Under the pieces are notes generated by a model. It had not been told where the DNA came from, searched no databases, and saw only the letters and a list, made by a program, of their open reading frames with translations. From positions 780 through 64,779 of the forward strand of contig CAYZXQ010000010.1 in assembly GCA_964482465.1 (NCBI GenBank): a stretch of 64,000 nt of DNA. Direction: 5' to 3'. Shown here piece after piece: positions 33,069-47,640 of the stretch (positions are counted from its first letter, which is position 1; every line of letters begins with the position of its first letter). The DNA comes from an uncultured Nigerium sp. (GTDB lineage: Bacteria; Actinomycetota; Actinomycetes; Propionibacteriales; Propionibacteriaceae). A program made the position numbers and the translations under genes.

Positions 33069-33463
33069 CCGCGCCGAAGGAGCGGGGCGATGTCTATCCC
33101 CACCACTTCCGTCCGCCGAACCCCGCGGACGCCGTCGACGTGCCCGTCGACGCGGGGGAGGCCAGCCCCACGCACCCGCGCCCGCCGCGTCCGTGGTACC
33201 TGCAGATCGCCGGGCAGTGGCCGCTGTTCGTGACGCTCGTGGCGATCACGCTGGGCGTGGCCGTGACGGCCACCGGCCACTGGAAGCGGGGGACGACCGT
33301 TGTCGGCGCGGCGTTCGTCCTGGCGACGGTGCTCCGGTTGTTCCTGCCCGAGCGCATGGTCGGGCTGCTGCACGTCCGTTCGCGTGCCGTGGACGTCGCC
33401 TGCCTGGCGGTGCTGGGCGCGGGGATCCTGGTGCTCGCGCTCCTGGTCCCCGCCCAGAAGTGA
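33065..33463 (+). CDS. DUF3017 family membrane protein
   Basis: QWP, W.RG, LRL.LP...GLL.VRSR..D; follows folD. Confidence 0.8.
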   Translation: MTAPKERGDVYPHHFRPPNPADAVDVPVDAGEASPTHPRPPRPWYLQIAGQWPLFVTLVAITLGVAVTATGHWKRGTTVVGAAFVLATVLRLFLPERMVGLLHVRSRAVDVACLAVLGAGILVLALLVPAQK

Positions 33464-33464
33464 C

Positions 33465-35186
33465 CTACCGGTAGTCGCGGTAGAAGTACTGTCCGGCGGT
33501 GGTCCCCGACGCCACCCGCGCGGCCTCGGCCTGCCGGAGTTCGACGCGCCGGATCTTCGAGCTGACTGTCTTGGGGAGCTCGTCCACGAACTCCAGAATG
33601 CGGACCAACTGGTAGCCGTTGAGGTGTTCCCGGGCGTGCGCGAAGAGCGCGCGGGCGGCGTCCGGACCCCCCTGCGCACCCGGCGCGAGATGGACATACG
33701 CCTTCGGTGCCGCCCCGCGGACCGGGTCGGGGGACGGCACGACCGCGACTTCCGCGACGAGCGGGTGCAGCATGAGTGCGCTCTCCAGCTCGAAGGGGCT
33801 GATCTTGTAATCCGAGGCCTTGAAGACGTCGTCGGCGCGCCCCACGTAGGTGAGGTAGCCGTTCTCGTCCCGCGCGGCGATGTCGCCGGTGTGGTAGTAG
33901 CCGCCCCGGCAGGCGGTCGCGGTCATCTCGTCGTCGGCGAAGTAGCCGCCCATGAGCGCGAGGTGGTGCGCCGATAGGTCCAGGCAGATCTCGCCCTCGC
34001 CGACGCCTTCGACGCGGGCGTCCGTCGCCGGATCGACCAGGACCACGCGGTACCCGGGCATCGGACGCCCCATCGCGCCCAGTTTGATGGGTTGACCAGG
34101 GGTGTTGCCGATGGAGCAGGTCATCTCGGTCTGGCCGTAGCCGTCGCGGATGGTGTTGTTCCAGGCATCGCGCACCTGGTTGATGACCTCGGGATTGAGC
34201 GCCTCGCCCGCGCCGACCAGCTCGCGCGGCGGGCGACGCAGCTTGGTGAGGTCCGCCTGGATGAGCATGCGCCAGACCGTCGGCGGCGCGCAGAACGTCG
34301 ACACCTCGTGGGTGTCCATGATGCGCATGAGCGTGTCGGCGTTGAAGCGGTCGTAGTTGAAGATGAACACCGTCGCCCCGGCCAGGAAGGGGCTGAAGAA
34401 GTTGCTCCAGGCGTGCTTGCCCCAGCCGGGAGAGCTGATGTTGAGGTGGATATCGCCGTCCCGGACGCCGAGCCAGTACATCGTCGACAGGTGGCCCACC
34501 GGGTAGCTGACCTGCGTGTGCCGGACGAGCTTCGGGCGGGCCGTGGTCCCCGAGGTGAAGTAGAGCAACGAGGTGTCGTCGGCGGGCGTGGGCCCGTCGG
34601 GGGTGAAGGTCGCGGACGCCGCGTGGCTGTCCGCGAAGTCGATCCAGCCGTCGGGAGTAGCCGCGCCCACGCCGATCCGGACGACGCCCTCGGCGACAAG
34701 GTCGAAACGGTCCGCGAGGGAGGTGGGGGCGATCGTGAATGTGGCGCCTGCGGTGTCCACGCGCCAGGCGAGGTCGTCGGCGTGGAGGAGCGTGGACGTG
34801 GGGATCGCGACGCCGCCGACCTTGAGCAGCGCCATCAGTATCTCCCAGATCTCGATGGTGTTGTTGAGCATGACGATCATCTGGTCGCCGCGCTTCATGC
34901 CGAGGGATGTGAGCCACGCGGCCACCTGATCGGAGCGTCGGGCGAGTTCGCCGTAGGTCCACTCACGGCAGGAGAGGTCGTCGGAGACGATCTTCACCGC
35001 GACACGGTCGGGGTGTTCGCCGGCCAGCACGTCGAACCACTCCAGCGCGAAGTTGAACTCGGTGAGCTCCGGCCACCGGAAGTCCCGCAGCACCGTGTCG
35101 TAGTCGTGGGGGTGGTCGAACAGGAAGTCGCGGGCGCGGCGGATGGCCTGCGTGGCGGCGGTGGCGGGTCGGCCGGTGAAGGTCAT
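33465..35186 (-). CDS. Acyl-CoA synthetase (AMP-binding, short/medium chain)
   Basis: YFTSGTTARPK, SSPGWGK, DGYGQTE, YHTGD, GRADD, LPKT.S.KIRR. Confidence 0.92.
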   Translation of the reverse strand: MTFTGRPATAATQAIRRARDFLFDHPHDYDTVLRDFRWPELTEFNFALEWFDVLAGEHPDRVAVKIVSDDLSCREWTYGELARRSDQVAAWLTSLGMKRGDQMIVMLNNTIEIWEILMALLKVGGVAIPTSTLLHADDLAWRVDTAGATFTIAPTSLADRFDLVAEGVVRIGVGAATPDGWIDFADSHAASATFTPDGPTPADDTSLLYFTSGTTARPKLVRHTQVSYPVGHLSTMYWLGVRDGDIHLNISSPGWGKHAWSNFFSPFLAGATVFIFNYDRFNADTLMRIMDTHEVSTFCAPPTVWRMLIQADLTKLRRPPRELVGAGEALNPEVINQVRDAWNNTIRDGYGQTEMTCSIGNTPGQPIKLGAMGRPMPGYRVVLVDPATDARVEGVGEGEICLDLSAHHLALMGGYFADDEMTATACRGGYYHTGDIAARDENGYLTYVGRADDVFKASDYKISPFELESALMLHPLVAEVAVVPSPDPVRGAAPKAYVHLAPGAQGGPDAARALFAHAREHLNGYQLVRILEFVDELPKTVSSKIRRVELRQAEAARVASGTTAGQYFYRDYR

Positions 35187-35405
35187 GGACGCCAGCGTAC
35201 AGCCTACGGTTACGGAACCGTAAGTTTGGAGGGTGGGGTGTCACGACGTGGGCGCCTCGCGCCCCGTGGGGCGTCCGGGGACGTCGCGTATCGGGCCGGG
35301 ATGTCGCGGGGCGCCTCCCGCGCGCCCGGGACGTCCGGCACCGGTGGCAGGCCGGAGCCCGCCGATATGCCGCGCCTCCCGCGTGCCCGGGGCGTCCGGA
35401 AACGC

Positions 35406-35442
35406 CGAAGCGGCGGGCCCCCGGCAGGGACCCGCCGCTTCG
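35406..35442 (-). terminator. Intrinsic terminator-like hairpin downstream of mdh
   Basis: On the - strand CGAAGCGGCGGGTCCC/GGGGCCCGCCGCTTCG (one G-U pair) followed by GCGTTT. Confidence 0.65.
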
Positions 35443-35459
35443 AACGCGGGGGACGAACC

Positions 35460-36449
35460 TCAGATGAGGCCCAGCTCCTTGACGGCGTTGCGCTCGTCGA
35501 TGAGTTCGGCGACCGAGGCGTCGATCTTGCCGCGGCTGAACTCGTTGATCTCCAGGCCCTGGACGATCTTCCACTGGCCGCCTTCGACGGTGCAGGGGAA
35601 CGAGGAGATGATGCCCTCGGGGATGCCGTAGCTGCCGTCGGACGGCACGGCCATGGAGACCCAGTCGCCCTCGGGGCTGCCGAGGATCCAGTCGCGCATG
35701 TGCTCGATGGTCGCGTTGGCGGCCGAGGCGGCCGACGACGAGCCGCGAGCGGCGATGATGGCGGCGCCGCGCTTGGCGACCGTCGGGATGAAGTCGTCGG
35801 CGAGCCACGCCTGGTCGTTGACCAACTCGGCGGCGTTCTTGCCGTCGACCTCGGCGTTGAAGAGATCCGGGTACTGGGTGGCCGAGTGGTTGCCCCAGAT
35901 CGTCATCTTCTTGATCGCCGTGACCGGGACGCCGAGCTTGGCGGCGAGCTGGCTGATGGCGCGGTTGTGGTCGAGACGGGTCAGCGCGTTGAAGCGGTCG
36001 GCCGGGATGTCGGGGGCGTTGTTCATCGCGATGAGCGCGTTGGTGTTGGCCGGGTTGCCGGTGACGAGGATCTTGACGTCGTCGGCGGCCACCGCGTTCA
36101 GGGCCTTGCCCTGGGCGGTGAAGATGGCGCCGTTGGCGCTCAGCAGGTCGCCGCGCTCCATGCCGGCGGTGCGGGGACGGGCGCCGACGAGCATGGCGGC
36201 GTTGACGCCGTCGAAGACCTTGGTGGCGTCGTCGCCGATCTCCACCTTGCTCAGCGTCGGGAACGCGCAGTCGTCGAGTTCCATGACGACACCCTCGAGC
36301 GCCTTGAGGGCCGGGGTGATCTCGAGCAGGCGGAGTTCCACCGGCTGGTCGGGTCCAAGCAGGGCGCCGCTGGCGATGCGGAACAGCAGGCTGTAGCAGA
36401 TCTGGCCGGCCGCACCCGTGACAGCTACCTTGACGGGGGCTTTGCTCAT
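35460..36449 (-). CDS. mdh: Malate dehydrogenase
   Basis: [47 protein letters not shown]. Confidence 0.97.
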   Translation of the reverse strand: MSKAPVKVAVTGAAGQICYSLLFRIASGALLGPDQPVELRLLEITPALKALEGVVMELDDCAFPTLSKVEIGDDATKVFDGVNAAMLVGARPRTAGMERGDLLSANGAIFTAQGKALNAVAADDVKILVTGNPANTNALIAMNNAPDIPADRFNALTRLDHNRAISQLAAKLGVPVTAIKKMTIWGNHSATQYPDLFNAEVDGKNAAELVNDQAWLADDFIPTVAKRGAAIIAARGSSSAASAANATIEHMRDWILGSPEGDWVSMAVPSDGSYGIPEGIISSFPCTVEGGQWKIVQGLEINEFSRGKIDASVAELIDERNAVKELGLI

Positions 36450-36587
36450 GTTCTTCCTCCACTCTGAAGACGATGCGTCGAGCATGACTCTGACAACGGA
36501 ACGCTAGCAGTTGGCGACCCTGCGGGCCCACCTTCGATGTCATGATGCGGCTCCGGACGCCGCGGGTGCGGGCAGTAGGTTGGGGCC

Positions 36588-37499
36588 ATGCGTCTGGTCC
36601 TGGTTCGTCACGGCCGTACGGCCTCCAATGTCGCGCGTCTGCTGGACACCGCCCACCCCGGCGCGCCCCTGGACGCCGTGGGCGAGGCCCAGGCCCAGGC
36701 CCTCGTGGCGCGCTTGGCGCACGTGGACGTGGAGGGGGTGTACGCCTCGGACCTCCTCCGCACCCAGCAGACCGTCGCGCCGCTCGCGGCCGCGCGGGGT
36801 CTGGAGGTGACGGTCCTGGGCGGACTACGGGAGATCGCCGCGGGCGATCAGGAGCTGTGGCCGGAGTGGCGGGACTACGTCGAGGTGCTGGCGTCCTGGG
36901 CGCGGGGCAACCTCGCCGCGGCGCGTCCTGGCGGGGAGTCGGGGGAGGAGTTCTTTGCCCGCTTCGACGCCGCGGTCGCGCAGGTCGTGGCGTCCGGACT
37001 CGGCGCCGCGCTGCTGGCGAGCCACGGCGGGGCGCTGCGCATGTGGGTGGGCGGACGCGTCCGGGGCATCGACCCGGCGAGCCTGCCGTCCCGGCCGATG
37101 GGCAATACGGCGACGATCGTCCTGGAGGGCGACCCCGACGCCGGCTGGACGCTGATGGACTGGCACCCCGGCGTCGAGTTGGCGGCCGCCGAACGCACGC
37201 CGGGCCGCTACGCGCTGACGCCCGCCGAGGCGTCCGCGGCCGCGCCGGGCTGGACGCACGCGGACGGCGGCCTGGTGCGGATCCTCCGGTGGCCGGACGC
37301 CGAGGCCGCGGCGAGGTTCGTCGCCGCGGTGACTGAGCGGGCCGGCAGACTGGGCCATCCCGCGGACGCCCGCGCGGACGGCCCGGTGGCGATCGTGCGG
37401 CTGACCAGCCCCGACGTGGGCGCAGTCACCACCCGCGACACGGCCCTGGCCTGGCAGATCGGGAAGATGGCCGAGGCCGGCGGCGGCGTCCCGGACTGA
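36588..37499 (+). CDS. Histidine phosphatase fused to a C-terminal pterin-4a-carbinolamine dehydratase-like domain
   Basis: LVRHG, SDLLRTQQT, LRE, GGES, SHGG; C-terminal PGW..GL.R....AARFV..V..AG..GHP....V.LTS.DVG.VT.RD.ALA..I. Confidence 0.75.
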   Translation: MRLVLVRHGRTASNVARLLDTAHPGAPLDAVGEAQAQALVARLAHVDVEGVYASDLLRTQQTVAPLAAARGLEVTVLGGLREIAAGDQELWPEWRDYVEVLASWARGNLAAARPGGESGEEFFARFDAAVAQVVASGLGAALLASHGGALRMWVGGRVRGIDPASLPSRPMGNTATIVLEGDPDAGWTLMDWHPGVELAAAERTPGRYALTPAEASAAAPGWTHADGGLVRILRWPDAEAAARFVAAVTERAGRLGHPADARADGPVAIVRLTSPDVGAVTTRDTALAWQIGKMAEAGGGVPD

Positions 37500-37535
37500 G
37501 CCCGCGTAAGCCGCGCGCCCTCCGGTCGAGAAACG

Positions 37536-37573
37536 CCCGAGCCCGCCGGACCGGAGGGTCCGACGGGCTCGGG
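37536..37573 (-). terminator. Hairpin downstream of actP
   Basis: 17-bp stem with one G-U pair on the - strand, followed by CGTTT. Confidence 0.65.
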
Positions 37574-37588
37574 GTTACGCAACGGGCG

Positions 37589-39301
37589 TCAGTGCGCGAT
37601 CGCACCCTCCGCGCCGGCGCCGGTCATGGAGCGGACCTCCATCTCGGCGGCCTTGGCGGCGTCCGGGATTTCCTTGCTCAGGATCGTGCCCAGCCAGCCG
37701 AGGACGAAGCCGATCGGGACCGACACCAGGGCCGGGTTGTCGTAGGGGAACCAGGCGAAGTGCATGTCCGGGAACATGGCGCTCGCCAGCGGCTTGGCGG
37801 AGCCGATCGGGGCCGACACGGCCGGGCTGAAGATGATGAGCACGATGGCGCTGATGAGGCCGCCGTAGATGCTCCACAGCGAGCCCTGCGTGTTGAACCG
37901 CTTCCAGTACAGCGAGAAGAGGATCGAGGGCAGGTTCGCGGACGCCGCGATGGCGAACGCCAAGGCGACCAGGAACGCGACGTTCATGCTCTTGGCGGCG
38001 ATGCCACCGAGGATCGCCAGGGCACCGATCACGAGGACGGTGATGCGAGCGACCTTGACCTCCTGCGCCGGGTCGGCCTTGCCGTCCTTGAGCACGGAGC
38101 TGTAGATGTCGTGGGCGAAGGAGGCCGAGGCCGTGATGGCCAGGCCCGCGACGACCGCGAGGATGGTGGCGAAGGCGACACCCGCGATGACGGCCATGAA
38201 GATGGCGCCGCCGGTGGTGTAGGCCTCAGCGCCCGTCTTGCCGTAGCCGGGCAGGAAGAACGCCAGCGCCGGGGCGGCCGCGTTGGCCTTGCCGGGCATC
38301 CCGTTGATGGCCTGCTGGCCGCCGGGGATGATCGCCGCGGCACCGAAGCCGAGGATCAGCGTGAAGATGTAGAACGCGCCGATGAGGCCGATGGCCCAGC
38401 TCACGGACTTGCGGGCTTCCTTGGCGGTCGGGACCGTGTAGAAGCGCATCAGGACGTGGGGCAGGCCGGCGGTGCCCAGGACCAGAGCGATCGACAGCGA
38501 GATGAAGCCGATCGGGTTGGAGCCGTACTTGGCCATCGGGGGCAGCAGCTTGGAGCCGGCGGCGCAGGCTGCGTCCGCGGTGCAGCCGTAGCCGTTGGCG
38601 GGCATGTTGTTGAGGCGGACGGCCTCGCCCATCACGGTGGACAGGTTGAAGCCGAACAGGGCCAGGACCCACAGCGACATGATCAGGGCGCCGGCGATCA
38701 GCAGGACGGCCTTGATCATCTGGACCCACGTCGTGCCCTTCATGCCGCCGATGAGGACGTAGAGGACGAGCAGGGCGCCGACCAGCGCGATGACGATGGT
38801 CTGGGCCACGTCGCCGCTCAGGCCGAGCAGCAGCGACACCAGGCCGCCGGCGCCCGCCATCTGGGCGATCAGGTAGAAGAAGGAGATGACCAGGGTCGAG
38901 ATCGCCGCGGCCATACGGACGGGCTTCTCCTTCACGCGGAAGGACAGCACGTCGGCCATCGTGTACTTGCCGGTGTTGCGGAGCGGCTCGGCCACGAGCA
39001 GCAGGGCGACGAGCCACGCGACCAGGAAGCCGATGGAGTAGAGCAGGCCGTCGTAGCCGGAGAACGCGATGGCGCCGACGATGCCGAGGAAGGACGCGGC
39101 CGACAGGTAGTCGCCCGCGATGGCGAAGCCGTTCTGGGTGCCGTTGAACTGCGCGCCGCCGGTGTAGAAGTCGCCGGAGGACTTCTTGTTGCCGCCCGAG
39201 GTGACCTTGATGACGACCGTGAGGGTCGCGACCACGAAGAGGGCGAAGATGATGATGTTGATGATGGGGTTGCCCAGCTGCTGGGCTTCGAGCAGGTTCA
39301 T
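37589..39301 (-). CDS. actP: Cation/acetate symporter (SSS family, ActP/MctC)
   Basis: QNGFAIAGDYLSAASFLG, GGMKGTTWVQ, GTAGLPHVLMRFYTVP. Confidence 0.9.
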   Translation of the reverse strand: MNLLEAQQLGNPIINIIIFALFVVATLTVVIKVTSGGNKKSSGDFYTGGAQFNGTQNGFAIAGDYLSAASFLGIVGAIAFSGYDGLLYSIGFLVAWLVALLLVAEPLRNTGKYTMADVLSFRVKEKPVRMAAAISTLVISFFYLIAQMAGAGGLVSLLLGLSGDVAQTIVIALVGALLVLYVLIGGMKGTTWVQMIKAVLLIAGALIMSLWVLALFGFNLSTVMGEAVRLNNMPANGYGCTADAACAAGSKLLPPMAKYGSNPIGFISLSIALVLGTAGLPHVLMRFYTVPTAKEARKSVSWAIGLIGAFYIFTLILGFGAAAIIPGGQQAINGMPGKANAAAPALAFFLPGYGKTGAEAYTTGGAIFMAVIAGVAFATILAVVAGLAITASASFAHDIYSSVLKDGKADPAQEVKVARITVLVIGALAILGGIAAKSMNVAFLVALAFAIAASANLPSILFSLYWKRFNTQGSLWSIYGGLISAIVLIIFSPAVSAPIGSAKPLASAMFPDMHFAWFPYDNPALVSVPIGFVLGWLGTILSKEIPDAAKAAEMEVRSMTGAGAEGAIAH

Positions 39302-39729
39302 CGCGCGCCCTCCTCGAGCTCAGAGCGAAGCTTGGACGAGATCGGATCGATCTTGGTGTTCATGTGGCGGATGTAGAGCCACGTGATCAGGAAGGTGGTG
39401 ACGAACTGGAGCAGGCCCATCACCATGCCGATGTTGAGGTTGCCGATGGCGGGGGTCTTCATGAAGTCCCCCGCGAACACGCTCAGCAGCACGTACGCGA
39501 AGTACCAGATGAGGAAGGCGGCCGTCATCGGGAACGCGAAGTTGCGGAAGCGCTTCTTGAGGTCGGCGAACTCCGGGGAAGCCTGCACCGCCGCGAACGC
39601 GTCGGCCGAGATGGGCTTCTTGTGCGGGCCCACTTCGATGAGTTCGGGCAGCGGGTTGTGATGCGGCGGAAGATGCTTTTCAGGATCGTCCAGATGGTCC
39701 AGATGCTTCGGCGCATCAGGAGAAGTCAT
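39298..39729 (-). CDS. DUF485 (YjcH-like) accessory membrane protein
   Basis: SPEFADLKKRFRNFAFP, GNLNIG...GLLQFVTTF.IT..Y; coupled to actP; RBS GGAGG. Confidence 0.88.
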   Translation of the reverse strand: MTSPDAPKHLDHLDDPEKHLPPHHNPLPELIEVGPHKKPISADAFAAVQASPEFADLKKRFRNFAFPMTAAFLIWYFAYVLLSVFAGDFMKTPAIGNLNIGMVMGLLQFVTTFLITWLYIRHMNTKIDPISSKLRSELEEGAR

Positions 39730-40020
39730 GGGGACCTCCATTGAGTCAGGGCCATGGACTGGCGGAGGAACGATAACCGCCCGTGGGACGGCGCGGTCAA
39801 TGGGGCGACTGCCCCTGATGGGCAATCGTTGTGAAGTTGTTAGAATCCCTCGGCGCCGAGAATCTTGAAGCCGAGATGACTGGAAGACAGCCTAGTCATC
39901 CACGCGTCGGCGCGGTGGGCGGAGCTTCAACCGTCTGACTAGGTGAGACGGTTTGCGCGACCATCGTCCACGATGCGGACGCCGCGGGCGTCCGTCGGCG
40001 TGGTGTGCCGAATCGGTCCG

Positions 40021-44133
<4,113 letters not shown>

Positions 44134-44137
<4 letters not shown>

Positions 44138-45003
44138 CCGAACCTTCCACCTTGCCGCTGCTGCCCCCCGGGCGCGGACGCGGCATGCTGGACATCCCCC
44201 GCAGCCGCTACCTGCTGCGCCTCGTCGTCCGCAAGGACGTCCAGGTGCGCTACCGGGGCTCGTGGTTGGGCATCCTGTGGTCCTACATCAAGCCGGCCGT
44301 CCAGTTCCTGGTGTTCTACGTCGCCATCGGCGTGTTCTTGGGCATGAACAAGGGCTTCCCCAACTACGCGATCTACCTGTTCGCGGGCATCGCGGGGATG
44401 AACTACTTCAACGAGGCGTTCGGCAACGCGGCGCGCTCGGTCGTGGGCAACGGCGGACTCATCAAGAAGATCTACATCCCCCGGATGCTGTTCCCGGTGT
44501 CGGCGATCTGGGTGGCCGTCGTCCACTTCGTCCCGGGGCTGATCGTCCTGCTGGTCGGATGCCTGATCGTCGGCTGGGCGCCGTCGCTGCTCAGCGTGGC
44601 CGCGATCCTCGCGGGTTTCGTGCTCATCACCGTCTTCGCGCTCGGCCTGGGGCTGCTCTTCGCGACCGCGGACGTGTTCTTCCGCGACGCGGAGAATCTC
44701 GTCGACCTGATCGCCATGGTCGCCACCTGGGCGTCGCCGGTTCTCTACATGTGGACGATGGTGCAGCGCGAGGCCCCCTGGCTCATGCCGTTCTACATGA
44801 GCAACCCGCTCACCGTCGCGACCGAGCTGTTCCACTACGGCTTTTGGGCCCCGACGGCCGCGGACGCCGCCAGCTACTGGGTGGTGCCTCCGCACCTGTT
44901 CAGCCTCTGGACGCCCGTCGCGTTCGCCATCTCGCTGGCCATGCTCGTGCTCGGTGACTGGGTGTTCCGGCGCTTCGAGTCCAAGTTCGCGCAGGAGCTG
45001 TGA
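44134..45003 (+). CDS. wzm: Polysaccharide ABC exporter permease (Wzm)
   Basis: RYRGSWLGILWS...P, LIKKIYIP, FFRD, SPVLY. Confidence 0.9.
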
Positions 45004-45761
45004 TGACCGAGTCCGTGACCCCCGCCCCGTCCCGCGAGATCGTGGTGCGGTTCGACCACGTGGCCAAGACGTTCGTCCTGCGGCACACCCGGTCGATCAA
45101 GGAAGCCTTCGTCTGGCTCGTCAAGGGACGCCGCGGCGACCTGTCCGCCACGTTCAAGGCGGTCGACGACGTCTCGTTCGACATCCTCGACGGCGAGTCG
45201 GTGGCCCTGATGGGCTTCAACGGCTCGGGGAAGTCGACGTCGTTGAAGCTGATGTCCGGCGTGATGAGCCCCGACGAGGGGCTCGTGGCGGTCCGGGGCA
45301 AGGTGGCCGGCCTCATCGAGGTCGGCGCGGGCTTCCACCCCGACCTGCCCGGTCGCGACAACGTGTACCTCAACGGCGCCATCCTCGGGATGACCAAGGA
45401 GGAGATCGACGAGCGGCTCCCGGACATCCTCGACTTCGCGGAGATCGGCGACTTCATCGACACCGAGGTGAAGTTCTACAGCTCGGGCATGTACCTGCGG
45501 CTGGCGTTCGCGGTGGCGATCCACACCGACCCGGACGTCTTCCTGGTCGACGAGATCCTGGCCGTCGGCGACGAGCCCTTCCAGCGCAAGTGCATGAAGC
45601 GGATCAACGAGTTGGTCGCCGCCGGCAAGACCCTCGTCGTCGTGAGCCACAACCTGGAGCAGATGCAGGAGCTGTGCGAGCGCGGGATCATCATGGAGCG
45701 CGGCAAGCTCGTCTTCGACGGTCCGTGCGCCGAGGCCGTGGCGTTCCTGCGGAGCCGCTAG
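45003..45761 (+). CDS. wzt: Polysaccharide ABC exporter ATPase (Wzt), no C-terminal carbohydrate-binding domain
   Basis: GFNGSGKST, YSSGM, LVDEILAVGD, VSH; 252 aa. Confidence 0.92.
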   Translation: MTESVTPAPSREIVVRFDHVAKTFVLRHTRSIKEAFVWLVKGRRGDLSATFKAVDDVSFDILDGESVALMGFNGSGKSTSLKLMSGVMSPDEGLVAVRGKVAGLIEVGAGFHPDLPGRDNVYLNGAILGMTKEEIDERLPDILDFAEIGDFIDTEVKFYSSGMYLRLAFAVAIHTDPDVFLVDEILAVGDEPFQRKCMKRINELVAAGKTLVVVSHNLEQMQELCERGIIMERGKLVFDGPCAEAVAFLRSR

Positions 45762-45787
45762 CCGCACACCCACCCGTGGCGCGGCGA

Positions 45788-46624
45788 TCAGCGACGCCGC
45801 AGCCGTGTCGCCAGCGCGTACGCGGGTTGCCGCAGCCCGGTGGGCACGAGCCGCCAGCCGCACCGGACCACCACATTGCGGACGAACTGGAGCGGCGTGG
45901 TGAACCCGTCGGCCCGGAAGGCGCGCTGCAGGGCGAACTCGGACCGCACCAGGTCGCGCCCGCCGCGGCGCTTGTACGCCCCGGCGCCGACGCGGTACTT
46001 CACGAGCGGTTCCGCGACATTGCCGACGCGAGCGCCGGCGTGGATCATCCGCGCGAACAGCCAGTAGTCCTCCAGCCGCTCCAGGTGCCGGTAGCCCCCG
46101 GCCGCGCGGACGGCGCTGCGCCGGTAGACGGTCGCAGGGTGGTTGAAGGGGTCCTGGAATCGGGCGCGGCGGGCGATGGCCGCGGCGTCGGTGGGGAAGC
46201 CCCGGACGAGCCCGACGACGTTCTCGTCCTCGCTGAACTCGACGATGGCCGACGACACCAGGTCGAGGCCGTCGGCGACCAGCGGAACCTGGACGGCGAA
46301 GCGTTGCGGCAGGGAGATGTCGTCGGCGTCCGCGCGCGCCACGATCTCGTGGGCGCACACGGCCAGGCCGGCCTCCAGCGCGCGGGCCAGCCCGACATTC
46401 TCCTCCAACGCCACGACCCGGACCGGGACTCCGGCCGTCGCGGTGCCGGACGCCGCAGCGTCCACGACCTCGGCCAGCCCTTCGCCGACCGGACCGTCGC
46501 GGACGATGACCAACTCGTCCGGACGCAGGGTCTGGTCGATCGTCACCGACGCGATGGCGCGGCGGAAGAACTCGGGGCGATCGCCCCGGTAGACGGGCAG
46601 CAGCACGCTGAAGGGTGCGGTCAT
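45788..46624 (-). CDS. GT2 glycosyltransferase (WbbD/AmsE-like)
   Basis: FSVLLPVY, DGPV, NVGLARAL, ARADADD, FNHP, EDYWL, RRGG. Confidence 0.88.
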   Translation of the reverse strand: MTAPFSVLLPVYRGDRPEFFRRAIASVTIDQTLRPDELVIVRDGPVGEGLAEVVDAAASGTATAGVPVRVVALEENVGLARALEAGLAVCAHEIVARADADDISLPQRFAVQVPLVADGLDLVSSAIVEFSEDENVVGLVRGFPTDAAAIARRARFQDPFNHPATVYRRSAVRAAGGYRHLERLEDYWLFARMIHAGARVGNVAEPLVKYRVGAGAYKRRGGRDLVRSEFALQRAFRADGFTTPLQFVRNVVVRCGWRLVPTGLRQPAYALATRLRRR

Positions 46625-47571
46625 CGCGCGCCGCTCTCCACCTGCACCACGTCGGCTTCGACGGGCGTCCCGGACAACACCTCGCGGGTCGAGCGCGGGG
46701 GCCGGACGCCGTCCCGCAGCCCGCGGCGTCCGTGGCCGAGCAACGCGCCCCGGTCGGACGAGCGCCGGACGGTCCGGGCCCACCGGCGCAGCGTGGCCGC
46801 GCCGTAGAGGGCCTTCTCGGCGGGGGCGAAGGCGTCCGAGCGGGTGAAGGTCCAGACCTTGTTGCGGACCTCGTTGTAGAACCGCGGCCCCGGATCGACG
46901 TCGGAGGAGCCGAACTTCGCCGTCAGGTGTACCACCCGGCTCGCCGGCACGTACAGCCCCGGACGCCGCCGCAGCAGCCGGGCGGTGTACTCGAAGTCGT
47001 CGTTCCACAAGAAGAAGTCGGCGCGCGGCAGGCCTTCGGCACGGACGGCGTCCGCGTCGAGCAGGATCGAGACGAACGACGCCGACCGGATGGGGCGGGC
47101 ACCCACGGCGGCGGCGCGGGCGAGCTCGGCGCGGGAGACGCCCGGGCGGGTCCGGGGGGTGTTCATGGGGTGCTCGCGGCCGTCGGTCCAGTCGGCGCGC
47201 GAGGCACACACGGCGACCGGCTCGCCGTAGCCGTCGCGGGCGCCGAGCAGCGCGGCCAACGCGTGCGGGGTCGGGACGGTGTCGTCGTCCATGATCCAGA
47301 CGAGATCGGCGGCGTGCGTGACGACCGCCCGCGCGATGCCGGCGGCGAACCCGCCCGCGCCCCCCGTGTTGACCGGCAGGCTGACGACCTCGGTGACGAC
47401 CGGGTGCGCGGACGCGACCGCTGCGGAGTCGTCGGTGGAGGCGTTGTCCACCACCACGACGGCGTCGAGGCGGCGGTCCTGGGCGTCGAGGCCGTCCAGG
47501 TTGCGCGCCAACAGGTCGCGCCGGTTCCAGGCCACCACCACGGCCACGATGCGGGGGGCGTCCTCACTCAT
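46621..47571 (-). CDS. GT2 glycosyltransferase (GlfT1-like)
   Basis: VVDNAS.D, NTGGAGGFAAG, WIMDDD, FFLWNDDFEY. Confidence 0.82.
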   Translation of the reverse strand: MSEDAPRIVAVVVAWNRRDLLARNLDGLDAQDRRLDAVVVVDNASTDDSAAVASAHPVVTEVVSLPVNTGGAGGFAAGIARAVVTHAADLVWIMDDDTVPTPHALAALLGARDGYGEPVAVCASRADWTDGREHPMNTPRTRPGVSRAELARAAAVGARPIRSASFVSILLDADAVRAEGLPRADFFLWNDDFEYTARLLRRRPGLYVPASRVVHLTAKFGSSDVDPGPRFYNEVRNKVWTFTRSDAFAPAEKALYGAATLRRWARTVRRSSDRGALLGHGRRGLRDGVRPPRSTREVLSGTPVEADVVQVESGAR

Positions 47572-47640
47572 GCGCGCCACTGTAGCGGGGGCGTCCGCGG
47601 GCGGGCCGGTCCGGCGCGGGCAAGCCGGTACATTGTCCCG

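Noticed and set aside
35230..35400. Repetitive GC-rich intergenic stretch as CRISPR or REP array
   Set aside because: No constant-length repeats with spacers; only short GCGTCCGG/CGCCTCCCGCG echoes, covered by the octamer finding.
39829..39847. Rex-like box TTGTGAA upstream of the DUF485/actP operon
   Set aside because: Only the left half-site matches; the right half reads TTAGAAT rather than TTCACAA.
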